Positions 38,901 to 52,620 of a stretch of 64,000 nt of DNA are shown one piece after another (the first letter of the stretch is position 1; the number at the start of each line of letters is the position of its first letter). A model generated the notes under the pieces. It was given only the letters and a program-made list of their open reading frames with translations. It was not told where the DNA came from and ran no database searches. Both the position numbers and the translations under genes were made by a program. This DNA is from Podarcis melisellensis (lineage: Eukaryota), in assembly GCA_964234715.1 (NCBI GenBank), contig OZ174285.1; one strand, given 5' to 3'.

Positions 38901-40589
38901 GCTAAGATTCAAGGATGTCTGAGGTTAAGTAGCTTTTAAAACGTCAGTTCTAAATGGCTTATGCAATGAATAGCTACCTTTAAATCCTAACACCATTATA
39001 AATACTCTATACATGTGCATGTCAGTTTATCTCTACATATTTCTTCTTCAAATGAGGAAAGCATTCATGATCATCATAATAAAAAAGCTCCTTGACATAT
39101 TTGAGTTTAGAAAAGCAGATGTTAATTCCGCCCTCCCTTCTCCGCACATCTTGTTTTATGACCAACTCTGTTGGAAAGGAGCCAACGGCGCCCTGCGCTT
39201 TGCTCGGTGACTAGTAGCCCGGGCGCATTAGAGCCTTCGCAGCACCAGCCGAGACGAGGCTCGAGCCATAAAAAACCCCCCACACATCTGGGTTTCTTTC
39301 CCTTTTTTTGTAACAACAACAAAATTAAATTAGGGAAAGAGTTGCAGTAAAAATGGGAGGAGGGGGAAAGGGTCTTGGGGACTTGGGGATGGATGCGGAA
39401 AGAGAACACACCTGCAGCCGCGCCGGAAAAAGAAACGGCCTGTGGATATTTTTCAAGATAGAAAGAGCCTTTCTGGGGGCCTGGCCAAACAGGCGTGTAT
39501 TTTCAGTGAAATAAGTAAAAAATAATAATAAAATAAGAGGAGGTGCCAAATATGATTGCCAGCTCCCCATAGACACAGAGAAAACAGTGTTCAGGACACT
39601 CCCCCCTGTTTTAGGGGGAGAGACACCTCCCCCCAAAAACCAATGGAAGTGATTCCTGGACAAGAAATGCTTTACTTCAGAGCACCCCCCTTTTTAGCTG
39701 TTTTCACATTCCCATTCTCTCCAGGCAGCCTCCCTTCCCTTCCAAGCCGAGGGATCAAGTCTGAGGGTTCCCATCGTTTTCTCGCTCCCTCCCCCGCTCC
39801 TCTTTTCGCCCCATTAACTAATATGTTTGAGAAAGGTTCTTGTTTGCCCTGAGTTACACGGGGAGCAGAAGACATGGGAGGGCTTGAGACAGCGACGGCA
39901 CCGCCACACAAACCCGGAGCCGAGCTTTCCCTGGCATCACAATTAACTGTATGCAATATTTATCATTCGACAATGTTTGCCATCAGGAAACACCAAACGT
40001 AAAATCGGTGGAAGTTTAATAAACAGACACCCAGAGATTGATCAAATAGAATGAATAAACATGCCTGGATATTTTTTTTTTATGCGCACGTCTGTGCTTC
40101 TGACTATTAGGCGATAATCCTGAGTGAGAAATAAATGCCATTGGAGTCCGCGGAGGAGGGGCGGGCCGGGAGGAGAGGGGAGGCGGGGGCTCTCTAGCCA
40201 GCCAGTTCGCCTCCTACTGAAGTTAATTCCCACCGGTCCAAGTTCCCTGCGGCTTGGAAAGGTTAGGACTGCACCCTTAGATCTTAGATCCCCGGGGACG
40301 CATCCAGATTGCTTGTCCGACATATCCCCACACCCCATGTGGAAGGAGCTATGAGAAAGGGCCACGGTGCCTCCCTTAAGAAACTGTGGCCAGGGATGGT
40401 TTTAAATATATATGTCTCTTTATGGTTCAAAACTGGGAGGGGGACCATGATCGTCTGTCAAAATGGTAGTCAAAATGGTCTAGTTGGATTGTTACAAAAA
40501 TAATAACAGGACTCTCTCTTTCTCTTTCTCTCTCTCTCTCTCTGTCCTCTTCCTCCCCGCTCCCCTTCCCCCCTTTTTTTAAATGCAGG

Positions 40590-42130
40590 ATCTCGCCGGC
40601 TGGGGCAACACAATGGCAAGCCATCTGGTGCGCAAGAGAAGCGGTGGAGATGGCAGCGAACGGAGCCATCCGCAGCTTCCTAGAAGCGCACGGGGCCTGC
40701 AGGCTCCCCCCTCCTCCCTTTGGCTCCCCGGCCTATAGCTAAACTTGGACGATGGTCTGTGGCTGGTGATCTCGGGACCCGCCAAGCAAGCAAGTCGCCC
40801 CGGAGCAGCCCGAGGAAGCTCTCCACGCGCGCCAAGCGCCGCTTCGCCTCCTGCTGCTGGGAGGTGGTCCCAAGCGCAGGAGCGAGCAGGGAAGAGCTCC
40901 ACCCCCTTCCCTTGGTCGCGGAGCGGATAGGTCGGGGCCCGGGTGACGTCACTCCCCGTCGCGCAGGAGAGGAACCGGGAGCGCGGGGGAGGGCGCGGGG
41001 GAGGCAGAGAGAGAGAGAGGCGTCTTGCCTGCTGGGCTCTACAGTTGGGAAGTTTTGCTTGGAGCAGCAGCAGCAAGAGTAACAACTCAATAATAATAAT
41101 CGGAAATTAGCCCTTTGCGCTTATCTCTCCGTTTCTCCATCCTTGTTTAAGCTGGGATATCTATTCCCCCCCCCCCCACTGCAATGCTTGGCTCGATTTA
41201 AGAGCACGCGGCAAAAAGGAGGGAAAACAGGTGGTGGGGATGGAGGGGGGGGGAGAGAAAATGTATTAAACAAACCCTTCCGGGTGAACCTGACCCACGC
41301 AGAGACCTGTAGCAGATGACCTGCATCTCTCTCTTGCGCACAGGAGGGTTCTCATCTGACTTGTCACCGCATCTCACCCTCAGCGCCTTCCTTTGGCCCC
41401 ATATTTCTGTCAGAAGGGTCGCTGGTGTCAGACCCGCCTCCTTCCCCACTTGGCCCTCCTCCGTCTTGCAAAGCATCCCTCGGAGCTGAGGGTGTGCGGC
41501 CCGAGCTGGCTCTCAAATCGCTCACAGCCAGGACCCCCCCCGCCCCAGCCCCCCCTGATCAGTATCCCATAACCACTTACTTTGAAAGCGGAGCCTTTCC
41601 TTCGGCTGTTCCTTCTTCTCTTCCTTTGCTCAAGCACTGCCTCCCCAGGCCACTCAGCCTGGGCTGCGAAGGCTTGCTCGGGTAGTCATAGGCCAATCAT
41701 AGCGATCAGAAGAGAAATAAAACTTTCTCTCTCCATCATTTGCCCCCTCTCTCCCCGCCCCTCCCTTCTTTTCCCCAGGCTCCGCTGTCCTTTGGCACCT
41801 TCTGCAAGAAGGAGGCTGCAGTCCCATCCCATCCCATCCCCTGGAGAGCGTCTTCCTGGGGACGCGTCTGCTGGCCTCCCTGCTGAGGTAGCCGCGCGCT
41901 TCTGCTGCCGCGCTTGGGAGAGGGAGCCCGGCCTCGGAGCGAAGTGCAGATTGAGACATATCGGGATCCCTATAAAAGGGTCATTTCGCGAGGGAGGCTG
42001 GACACCAAGTTTGGACTCGTGACTGGCATTCCTGAGAGGCCTGCATATTTTAAAAACAACAAAGCGAGCCCCCAAAGAAGGGATTGCGGGGGGGGGGGGG
42101 CGAGAGAGCGAGAGAGAGAAGAGGGGAAAT
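40590..42130. promoter_or_regulatory. Intergenic CpG island 8-9 kb downstream of NR2F1
   Basis: High CpG density, a full CRE (TGACGTCA, 40944-40951), a CCAAT box (41693-41697) and TATAAAAG (41971-41978). Confidence 0.65.
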
Positions 42131-43112
42131 AGTGCGGGGGGGGGAACTGGGAGAGAAGTTACTAAGTGACAAACATCTGTCAACATGAGCTAATTTGTAA
42201 GCTTTTGCTGCGAGGAGAAACTGACTAGTTTTGTGAGGGTCTGTGTTGGTCGATGCAGGGATCTTTGTCTCGAACCTCCCGCCCCCTACCCCTCCCACCC
42301 CGCTTTTATGTGAGTGTTTAATCCTAGAAAGTTCCTAAAATGGATCTAAGACCAAACCAAACGGGGAAGTTTGACCTGAAAGGTCTTTCTGGCCTTCGGA
42401 TTAAAGCCCCCTCTCCCCTCTCCCCCCCTAGGCCACCGTCCTCCTCTCAGCCGCTCCCCTTTCTTAGCTCTTTATAAACCGTTTCGAGATGGGGGGGGGG
42501 ATATAAACGTGTCTCAATGGCACAGCGACAAAGGCCAAAAGAAACACCAGTGACATGAGCTGCTGTTGCCCCCCCCAGCCCCCAGCCCACCGCAACCTTC
42601 TTAACAATAAGGTTTTATCTTGCAGCGAAAGAATAAGATCCTCCTCTTTCCTCTCTTGGAATACGATCACTTTAAAAACTTCAAAAAGAGAGAGAGAGAG
42701 AAGGGCCAGTGTGCGATGCGGAGACGTCCTCTCGGGCCGCATACGTGTCGGGAAAGTCGCAGCAAGTTAACTTTCCCAGCCTTTGGCGCAGATCTGGAAA
42801 GCAGGCGCAGGCTGGGCAGAGGTGGGGGCAGCTGGCGCAAGCGGGGAGGCGAAGGAGCGGGGGCGGGTCTGATGTTGAGGCGATTTGACTGGACTGGGTG
42901 GGATCCTCGGCAGCCCCAGGACCAGGGGGCCGTTTAGTGTGTGCGGAGAAGCCTGTTTCTCTCCTAGACAGCTGAAGACAAAAGGAGAGGAGGCCTAGTG
43001 GTGAGCTGGATATCTCTGTTAGTTGTCAGCTCAGGTCCAGGGGCAGGCGAGGAATGCTAATCAGCCATTGCAGAGGGGCTGAAGGCTGCAGATCTCTCGC
43101 ATAGTCACGTCA

Positions 43113-43114
<2 letters not shown>

Positions 43115-43162
<48 letters not shown>
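43115..43162. repeat. (CT)n microsatellite
   Basis: Read directly from the sequence. Confidence 0.95.
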
Positions 43163-43164
<2 letters not shown>

Positions 43165-45092
43165 GTTGTTTCGCTCTCACTCCCAGGGCACTTGCTTGGT
43201 TTTTTGCACTCACGTCCACCAGCTACACACCCATCCTTGGATCTTTATGTACTCAGGAACACAATCCTTAAACATACACAACATAGGCACATACAATGCT
43301 ACTCAGGCTTTATTCCTCGTTCCTCTCCCCCTGGGGTGACATAGGAAAGGTTTGCGTGGAAGCAGTCTGAGTGCCACTCCACCAAACGGCTCGCGTCGGC
43401 TGGAATCCCCAGGGTTTTCCTCTAACTGGTTATGACTGTTCCAGACAGGGTGGCTCTTTGGGCTCCACCGGCGAGACCGAATCACAAATTACCATGTTGT
43501 AATTGTTCACTCCTCCATAGCTATCCGAGCTTCGGTCTTTTTTTGCTTTGACACAGAGGGGGGGGGGGAGGGAGAGAAATAAAGGAAGGGAGGGAGAGAG
43601 AGAGAGAGACGTTCCTACCTCCTTCTCTAAACAGAGGGATCGATAGCTGACCCCACGGTTTGGCCAGTGCTTTATTTATCTGCCCGAGCAATGATATTAT
43701 CAGCCTTAAACGTTATATACAGCAAATGTCTTCCTAAATCAACACACAAGGATATCTCCCAGCAGCCAAGCTGCTCTGCCTTCAAGAAGTTCGCTCTGCC
43801 TCTTCTTGCCCTCTCCTCCGCTTTCCACAACAACCGGGGCCCGTTTTACACCCCGTAGTTTTCAACGGGATCCTCTGTTTGAAGCTTGATGGTGGGCTCT
43901 GCAGCCAAGAGGTTGTAGATACACGATTGTGCAACCCCGCTTGCTGTTTCTTCCAGGGATTCGCTTGTCAGCCTGGCTGGGCTGCTTAAAGGCTGCTCAA
44001 CGCTATCCCTTTTTTTGTAATGGGGGTGGGGAGGAGATCTAATTTCCCACTGTCCTCTCTGTTAATTGCTTTCTTTCCTTGCAATTATATGTATAAACCG
44101 ATTTGCTCCTTTCCATGTTATGGCTTTGTGATTCTAATGCAAACCACTTGAGGGGGTTTGGGGGTGGGGAGAGAAGAGACCAGCCATCTCCCCCCACCAC
44201 ACACAGGCAAAATGCATCCCACCCCTTCTTAGTCGTGAGAAGATGCGGCGGTCCTTAGGGCTGCAGTGCATCTCAGTCTTACTTGGGAGTAGATCCCACG
44301 GCATTTAGCAGGATGTGCTTCTGAGCACGGCGGGCAACACTTATTTTCAAACGTATGGCAGCCAACCAGACCTTCCGGTGAAATTCACCATACCCAGAAA
44401 TTTGACCCAACACCGAATTGCGCCGGCATGGTCAGACAAAGGATGGGGACCCTCAGCTCATCTGCCAGTCCTACTCCCCATTCACATTCATCTCCCTTGG
44501 CTCCCTCTACAGGTGGCTGCCCTTGGCACCAGAGGAACAAAGGTGCCCATGCGGACGCCCCTAGTCGATCTAGCAAATCGCTCCTTCCTTTACCCGTTCT
44601 GCCAGCTTGGCCCACTGGAGAATCCCAGCCCATTTTATTCCACTTGTTTCTGCAACCTTGACAAGGGTGCAACGCTAGGTGCGCGTTTGAAGCCCTAAGT
44701 TGTAGGCAAAATGACTGGCAAAGCCATCCCCACCGAGCTCAACGGAGCTCATTCGGAGTGCTCGCGATTGCCGACTCCGTGGGAAGGCAGCGGGGTAAAA
44801 GAGGCTGAGAGTCCGGCTAAAGTCCTTGGAGGAGCTTCCGCCAATTTCCAAGCCTCAGTGTGGGTGGAAGGCGAGAGGGGAGCGGAGAACGTGACGCAGC
44901 TCGGAAGAGAGGCAGTTCTGGGGAGAGAGAGAGAGTCACCTTGCCTTCCTTCCAGCTTCTCTGCAAATTTCTCCTTCCTTTCCAGCTGTTTTGTGCTGAC
45001 TCTTCTATGTGATGTGCTCGCGGGGTGGGGAGAAAAGAATTGGGAGGAGGGCATTGAGGGAGCATATTTTAAGTCCAGAATCCTCAATGGTT

Positions 45093-45095
<3 letters not shown>

Positions 45096-45168
<73 letters not shown>
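45096..45168. repeat. (CT)n microsatellite
   Basis: Read directly from the sequence. Confidence 0.95.
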
Positions 45169-45173
<5 letters not shown>

Positions 45174-46627
45174 GCCACACAACCCAACTTTGAAAATGGA
45201 TTCGCTGACAAGTAAGGATAATAAATTAGAGGCGCTTTCAGATAGATATCTCAGACGTGAAATTGCGCCCAGCTGGTTGTGTAAGCAAACAAATAGCCGC
45301 CGTGTTCGAGGGCTCGCGGCTTGATGAATAGAACACGACAGAGGTAAATGGCTCTTTAACTCATTTAGGAATAAAACTCTCCGGCTCCCCGAGTCAAAGA
45401 GCCCCGGAACGGCGTGGATCCTGAGCGAGCCCTTTTAAACAAGAGTTTTATTGGTTTCCACTTGTGAGCCCTCATCTTCCCCCAATTCCTCCCTCCCACC
45501 CCCGCAGGGAGGCCTCGTCAAGGCACCAACTGACTAGTTAAAAAAAAAAAAAAAGGAAGAAGAAGACAAAAACTTGTCAGGTTCCGAAAGGTGTAGTAGC
45601 CACATGGCAAACTTGAAAATCTGCCAGAATTATCAGGGCTGGCTCTGGCTGCCTGCCTGGCTGCCTGCCTTTCCCGCTAGAAACTCAATAGAAAATATGA
45701 ACCGACTGTATTATTATTTTTCTTTTAAAAAAGATTTCTTCCCTAGCATCAGGACGATATTGCCTTTTCTTTCTTTCTTTTTAATTACACCCATTTATGT
45801 AAACTGGAGGGGGAAGAGGGACGGAATCCATTTCTCCAAAGGTATTGAGCCTTCCCTACCTCGTCTAGAAGCCCAACCAGCAGAGAAGCCCCTTCTCTTT
45901 TACTCAGACTTCACTCTGGGGAAGGGACACCGCAATCTCACGCCACAAATCAGTGAGACTTACTAGTTTCAGGCAAATCTGCTTCGGGCCGAAGCTTTAG
46001 CTCCAAAAGGTCTTCTCATTACTAGGGAGGAGCTGGTGTAGGTCTGTCTACTCTCTGTTTGTTTGTTTGTTTGTTTGTTTGTTTGTCTGCCTGTCTCTCT
46101 CAAGATTCACGAGGCGGGGAAGGGATCTCTCTCTCTCTTTTTCTCTCTCACGGCACCCGTAATTCCTGGGGGAAACTTCTGTCCGACCCCCATCCTCTGC
46201 CTTTTAAAAAAAATTTTGGCTGGCGGAGGGTTCTAAAAGCAGCTTGAATCTACAACACTTTGCAACCACTTCAAAGAAATATTAAGCTCTCCCTCTCCCC
46301 GAGAACGTTTTGCTTGCAAAAAACGAACCCTTTGACTTGCACATCACGCACGCATGCACATTTAAAAGAGAGGGATCTATGCCAAAAAGAGTGACTTCGG
46401 ATTAAAGCATTCAGATCTATGTTCTTATTGATGTCTAGAACGAAAAGGAGTTAACCCAAGTTGCCTTTTCCCAAGGAGAATGGCCCACAACCTCAAGCTT
46501 TCGACCAAAATGCTTTCTCGGTATTATCGATCTCTGCCAGAGCATCCTTACATAGAGAGCTGCGTTTGAAATAAATTTATTAACCGTTCCCCCTCCCTTC
46601 CATGACGTTAAACGTGACTCAACAAAG

Positions 46628-46631
<4 letters not shown>

Positions 46632-46698
<67 letters not shown>
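46632..46698. repeat. (CT)n microsatellite
   Basis: Read directly from the sequence. Confidence 0.95.
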
Positions 46699-46700
<2 letters not shown>

Positions 46701-47488
46701 TTCTTCATTCCTTCCTCCCTTCTTCTTCTCACCTAATTTGGTAGACATCCACATGTGGCTCCTAGATTCTTATAAAAGGAACAAATCTATTATTCGTTGG
46801 CGGGTGAACCAGAGCGCTGTGAAGGCCTGAGACACATTCCCTCTTCCATTGTCAAAAAAACTGTCAGGGCTCTGTCGTCTGCCCAGTTGGGCTGAAGTCA
46901 TTTCATAAAGCCGACCCACAAACACCTTACGTTTAAATCAAGCCTCACAGATGATGGGAGTGGAACTGGCTTGCCAGATCCCTTTTCCTTTCCGGGCGAG
47001 CGATGAAGATCCACACACAAGACACTTCCAAGTACATCGTTTTAGGCCACTACATTCCGCTCTTATATATGAACATTCCTGACCAAATGTGCAGTCCCAT
47101 TAACATCAGTGGTGGGTCTAAATCCGTCTCACACCAGGGCACCTCCGCTTTTGGGGGGTTGTTCTCCTTAAATGCGACTGAAGACTTCAAGGCAGCCACA
47201 TGTCCACATTGCAGAACTAGTTGTTTATTATTATTATTATTTCACAATTATTATGTACATTAGGAACTCTGCAATTCTCAAGCTCCATCGCCAAGGAAGC
47301 CCCAAAATTAGATTGACTAGAAAAGACTTAGCTGGGATGGGAGAAAAGGAGGTCAGCCACCCTGAGAGTAGGCAAAAGGCGATGCTTATTGTGGCCTAAC
47401 GCTTTCGAAAAGCGAGTGAGGTTTGCTTAGGATGCCTGTGTGAGAGAGTGTGCGTATGAGACAAGGGAAAGAGGGAGAGACCTAGCCA

Positions 47489-47545
<57 letters not shown>
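47489..47545. repeat. (ATT)n microsatellite
   Basis: Read directly from the sequence. Confidence 0.95.
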
Positions 47546-48434
47546 GAAGGTCTTGTAACTGCAGCAAAGAGGAGCAGATGAATCATGACAAAGCAGTAGA
47601 CAGATTGTATTCTGGTCTTAAACAGGCTCTAGAAGAAGGCGTATCCCAACACAGCATCCATTTCTGTAGAAGGGCAACGGATTCGTGACTGGGTGGCATG
47701 TCTAATGGAGAGAACGCCATGTGAGAAAGGATTGGTTTTTAGTCTCAGATTGACTAACAGATTCATCATAATATGGAGTTCAGTTAGTTCTTTAGCGCTT
47801 TATACAGCCTAATTCGTGTTAAATCGTTGGGCCAAACTAACAGAAAATCTCCACCAAGCATCATCTGAACAGTGAACACCCTTCCCAAAGGAAACGGGCA
47901 GGCTTTGTTGCGCTCGTCAGTAAGGAAAATGCGCCCAGAATATCAACTTCCTTTTCTACACCTTGTCTAGAACTGGAAGGATTTCTCCACTCCCGGCATT
48001 ATTGTGTTACAAAATATTATTTAATATCATCGTTCCCCAGAAGGTCGAAAATGAATGTGGGGTGGGAAAGACGAAGCATTACTGAGGTTTCACCAGGGGT
48101 GCGTGACAGACATACCAGCGCTTAGATTTACTTTTGGTGCGAAGAGGACACTTTCTGCGGCCTTTTCGCAAGGAGCCTAATCCTATCCGGGCCTAAATCT
48201 TCAAGGGCTGTCTGGTCTTCAGGGCGTTGAGGTGACCTTTCCCTACCCGGTCTATGCAAAAACAGGGCTACCTCCGGCTTTGGCAGCTACATCGGTTTTT
48301 TCAGAGCTCGTCCTGGCCAGTTAAGAGCCAAAATGTGCATTCTTGCAGCCTGCCTATTGAAACTGACTAGTCCATAGACTGTAGCTGCTGGCAATGTTAT
48401 TATGCAGCTGTAAGTGCCCGCCATATAGAAAATG

Positions 48435-48437
<3 letters not shown>

Positions 48438-48497
<60 letters not shown>
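48438..48497. repeat. (CT)n microsatellite
   Basis: Read directly from the sequence. Confidence 0.95.
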
Positions 48498-48499
<2 letters not shown>

Positions 48500-49984
48500 G
48501 GGATCTACTGCGTCTAGAATATTAAAAAACCCCAAGCGGGTTAGGCTGAAGGATCTTGTTAATGCAAAATAAAAAAGTAAAAAAAAAAATCTGGGGAGTG
48601 TAGACAGCAAATTAACAGAAAAAACACTGCCAGTGACTCCTCCAATTGAAAATCCTGCCTCATCCTGGATGTGTTTGGAGGGCGAGGGAGAAACTGGAGA
48701 ATGTGAGGCGAGGGGCGGAGGGGGGAGACACACACGAATGTTATTTTTAAAGATCCAGCTTTATTAATACGCTAAGAAAGAGCTCCCTTGGCAGTGTGTG
48801 TTCTTACAGCTCCGTCTCAGATCCTATAAAACATTAATGCACTGAAAGCTGTTACAGAGATCTGCAGCGACCAGCTCCAAGCTCTGGGAAAATCTTTACC
48901 TTCAAAAAGGGCTCCACTCGGAGAACGAATGGTACGTTGGGGGGGGGGATGTGTGAGTGTGTGTGTGTGGGGGGGGTGTTTTTTGAAAGCTGCTCCGACA
49001 GTCATTTGAAGGAGACTACCAGCTTTAGGATTCCATGAGCCCACGGGAATAGGGGCGCACGCGTGTCCTTGGATCAGTACACACGACCAGACATACGCAC
49101 CTCCCTCTCTCTGAGGGTGGCTTTAGAACTCAGGGGAAACTCACCAGCCCGGAGGAAAGACCTGCACCAGGAGGAAATTGCCCGCACCTGACACAGAGAC
49201 CTTTACAAAGTGTAAGGGGTGGGGAAGGGAAATAAGAGCTTCAGTCCAGACGTGACAACACAGTGCTCCAGAGGAGTGGAAATTTACTTTCAGGACAGGC
49301 CAAAGACATTTCGCCACCCGAGGCAGAATAGTTCACTTCGCCTTACCTTTATTAGGCATTACAGGCAGAACAGCAAATGGATCTCCTCTCAATTAATCCA
49401 AGGTGCAAGCCCAACGAGAAAAAACAAAAAGCCAACTAGCACAAACGCCTCTCGCTGGGAGCAAAAATATAATACTAATAAATTAAAAACAACAACAACT
49501 ATTCACTGTCCTTTCAAGGCACCTCAGAATCAGCTGCCTGAGTCACCCTCCTTACTCTATCTAGTGGTAGGGCTGGCCCTGTTCTCTATTCCGGATTATT
49601 CTCATAGAACGCCAGTAGGTTCACGCAGTTTAATGGGACTCCCTTCCAGCTAAATGAACGTAGGTTTGCAGCCTAAGGGAATTCCTCTTAACTGTCCCCC
49701 CACCTCCATTTCTCAGCATCAGTCACCAGAATCGCATTAAAACCAGGCAGCTTGAGAATACTGAGAGGTGTGTGCACCTTACCAGCAGCATGATCACTGT
49801 ATTTATTTGTTTTTGAACAAAGACCCCACACCTTGGACCTCTTATATAAGGCACAAAGCCTTGGGGGGCGGGAAAGAAACCCACCACCCGCAAACCCAAA
49901 CTTTAGGTCTGCTTCCAGGAACAAGAACTCATGGATTGGCGTGGGAATCTGTGTTGGATGTTGCGCTTGGGTTGCCTTTGTAAT

Positions 49985-50966
49985 TATTATTTTTCTAAAT
50001 TCTTTTATTTTTGTTTAAATTCTCACTTCAATTTTAATTCTTGAAGAACAGCTTCGACAACATATATCGCACTCAATATAAGAAGCAAAGGGTTATATAA
50101 AAAATTATTAGTATAGAATCACAGGAAGGAAGCCTGGTTTGGAACCAGAAAGAAATACAAAACAGGTATAGATACATACACACAGAACAATTCCTTGTTG
50201 TTTTTTTAATAATTATTTGGAAAATGTTATTTTTTCCCCTCCCCTAATTCTTGTTTGTTTCTTGTGGTGTTTTTCCCCCCTCCCCTCTCGCCTCCTTTAT
50301 GCGCATACGATGTTTTAAATTTTACAAAAAAAGTGAAAATAAAGACTAATATCTTACAAAATGAAGAACAATGTTCGTGGAAAGTGTTTCGCCTTTGGGT
50401 CCCCCTCCCTCTTTCCCTCACCCCGTCCACCAGTTCAATTCGGCTCCAGGTTTTTGTTTGTTCTGTCTCTTAAACTGTGTGTTTTGTTTTGTTTTGCTGT
50501 ACAGACGATAGATCCACCTCAGTCCATCCATCATAAATCCAGGGAAATCCGTTCTAGTCTTCTTTTTTTAGGGGGGAGTTTTTGTTTTAATCTCTTCGGT
50601 CCTTTTTTCAAAATGGTTTTTGTTTAAAGTTTCCCATCTCAGTGTCAATGGTTTGTTCCACAAAATACGAGGTGTCCATTTCGCCTTCATCATCATCATC
50701 ATCATCATCACCGCCTCTCTCAGCCGGGGTCTGATCCTAAGCGAGTCTTTCGTGCAGTGTCTGAGGGGTCTGCTCCTATCTCTCTCTCTCGGTCCTCCTC
50801 CCCCCTTTCCTTCTGCCTCTCTCTCTCCTCGGATCCCCCCACCCGGCTGCGTGCGCCCCCAAGGTGGTGGTTGTCTGGGCCGGTCTCTGGCTGGGCTGGA
50901 GGCCTTCCTCCTCCTCCTCCTCCTCCTCCTCTCAGGGTCTCTAAGCGGGGGAGCCCAGGAGGTGCT
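49985..50966 (-). other. NR2F1: NR2F1 3'UTR with polyadenylation signal
   Basis: AU-rich sequence downstream of the TAG. Minus-strand AATAAA at 50004-50009, with a second at 49802-49807. Confidence 0.6.
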
Positions 50967-51251
<285 letters not shown>

Positions 51252-51403
51252 NNNNNNNNNNNNNNNNNNNNNNNNNNNNNNNNNNNNNNNNNNNNNNNNN
51301 NNNNNNNNNNNNNNNNNNNNNNNNNNNNNNNNNNNNNNNNNNNNNNNNNNNNNNNNNNNNNNNNNNNNNNNNNNNNNNNNNNNNNNNNNNNNNNNNNNNN
51401 NNN

Positions 51404-52620
51404 GAGGTACCAAGGCCCACAAATCTCCCCCCCCCCAAAAAAAGCGCAGCAATAACCAGGCAGCAGGAGCAGCAGCAACCCGGCCTCCGCGACCCCGGAC
51501 GCCCCCTCCGCCCCCCTCTCTTTGTGCAGCTTCCTCCACCTTGCAAATAAATAATGGAAGACGCGGAAAGGCAGCCGGGAGGGGAGCCGGAGCCATCTTT
51601 CCCCAGCCAGCCAACAACCTGCCCCCCCCCAGCCAGGAAAGGACGGAGGCCTCGGCTGCTGAATCCTATTGTTACATCCCATTGACATATACCATCTCCC
51701 AAGACAGACAGACCCACAGACACAGCCAGCCGGGAGGGATTCCGTTTCTCCCAAGTACTTTCTCTTTCTCTCCCCTCCCTCCAACCTCCCCACCCCCACC
51801 CCGCCCAAGACAAGCACACGCAGCCTCGTCCTCAGCTAAAGGAAAAGGGCTTCGGGGGGCAAGAAACCGGGCCAGGCGCGCGCGTGCGAGAAAGCCAGGC
51901 GAGGATTTGGAGTCGCTCGCACGAAAGGCGGCCGCGCTTCCATTTCCGATCGTGGGGGGGAGAGAGAGGGAGAAGGGGAGGCCTGCTTTGTCTGGGGATC
52001 TCTCGGATCGAGTAATTGAAAATTGGTCACATCTCTGTAAGCTATATAATCATCGCCGGGAAGACGGCTCGGTCCGGGCTGCCTCTTCCAGCCCCGCCAA
52101 ACTGCCCCCCTCCCGCACCCCAAGCCTGCGCGCTAAGCAGCCGTCTGTCTGCAGCTGCTCTCGCCCTCGCTCGCACGCACAAAGCTGCTGCGCCGGCTGC
52201 CTCGCTGGAGCTGCTGCCGATGCCGCTGAGGCTCGATCAAGCTCGCCAGAGAGCAAGGCAGGAGGCCCAGCTCTGGCGCTCAGGACCCCGAGATCCCGGG
52301 CATCTGGCTCAGCCAGCAAAAGGCGCAGTAAGAGGAAGGACACGCAACTCCCTCGCCAGATATTTCTCCTTCTGTCTTAGAAGTCCTAGCAGAAAGTGTT
52401 AAGGACTATTCAGACCCCTCTCCCCTGCCTAAACGCACACACAGACACCACATAGTATTTTGGGGGAAGGAGAGAGGAAGTCCCCCCCACACACCGAGGC
52501 GGTGGGTTCTTTGAGCTCAAGCATCCGCAGGCCGCCTCCTCCTCCTCCCACCCCCGGCCTGTTTTTCTTATATTAATAATAAATATTTCAAAACACCCGG
52601 ATCACAAGGCGGCCGTCAGC
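51404..52620. promoter_or_regulatory. CpG island at the NR2F1 intron 2 / exon 3 junction
   Basis: CpG-rich intronic stretch typical of developmental transcription-factor gene bodies. Confidence 0.6.
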
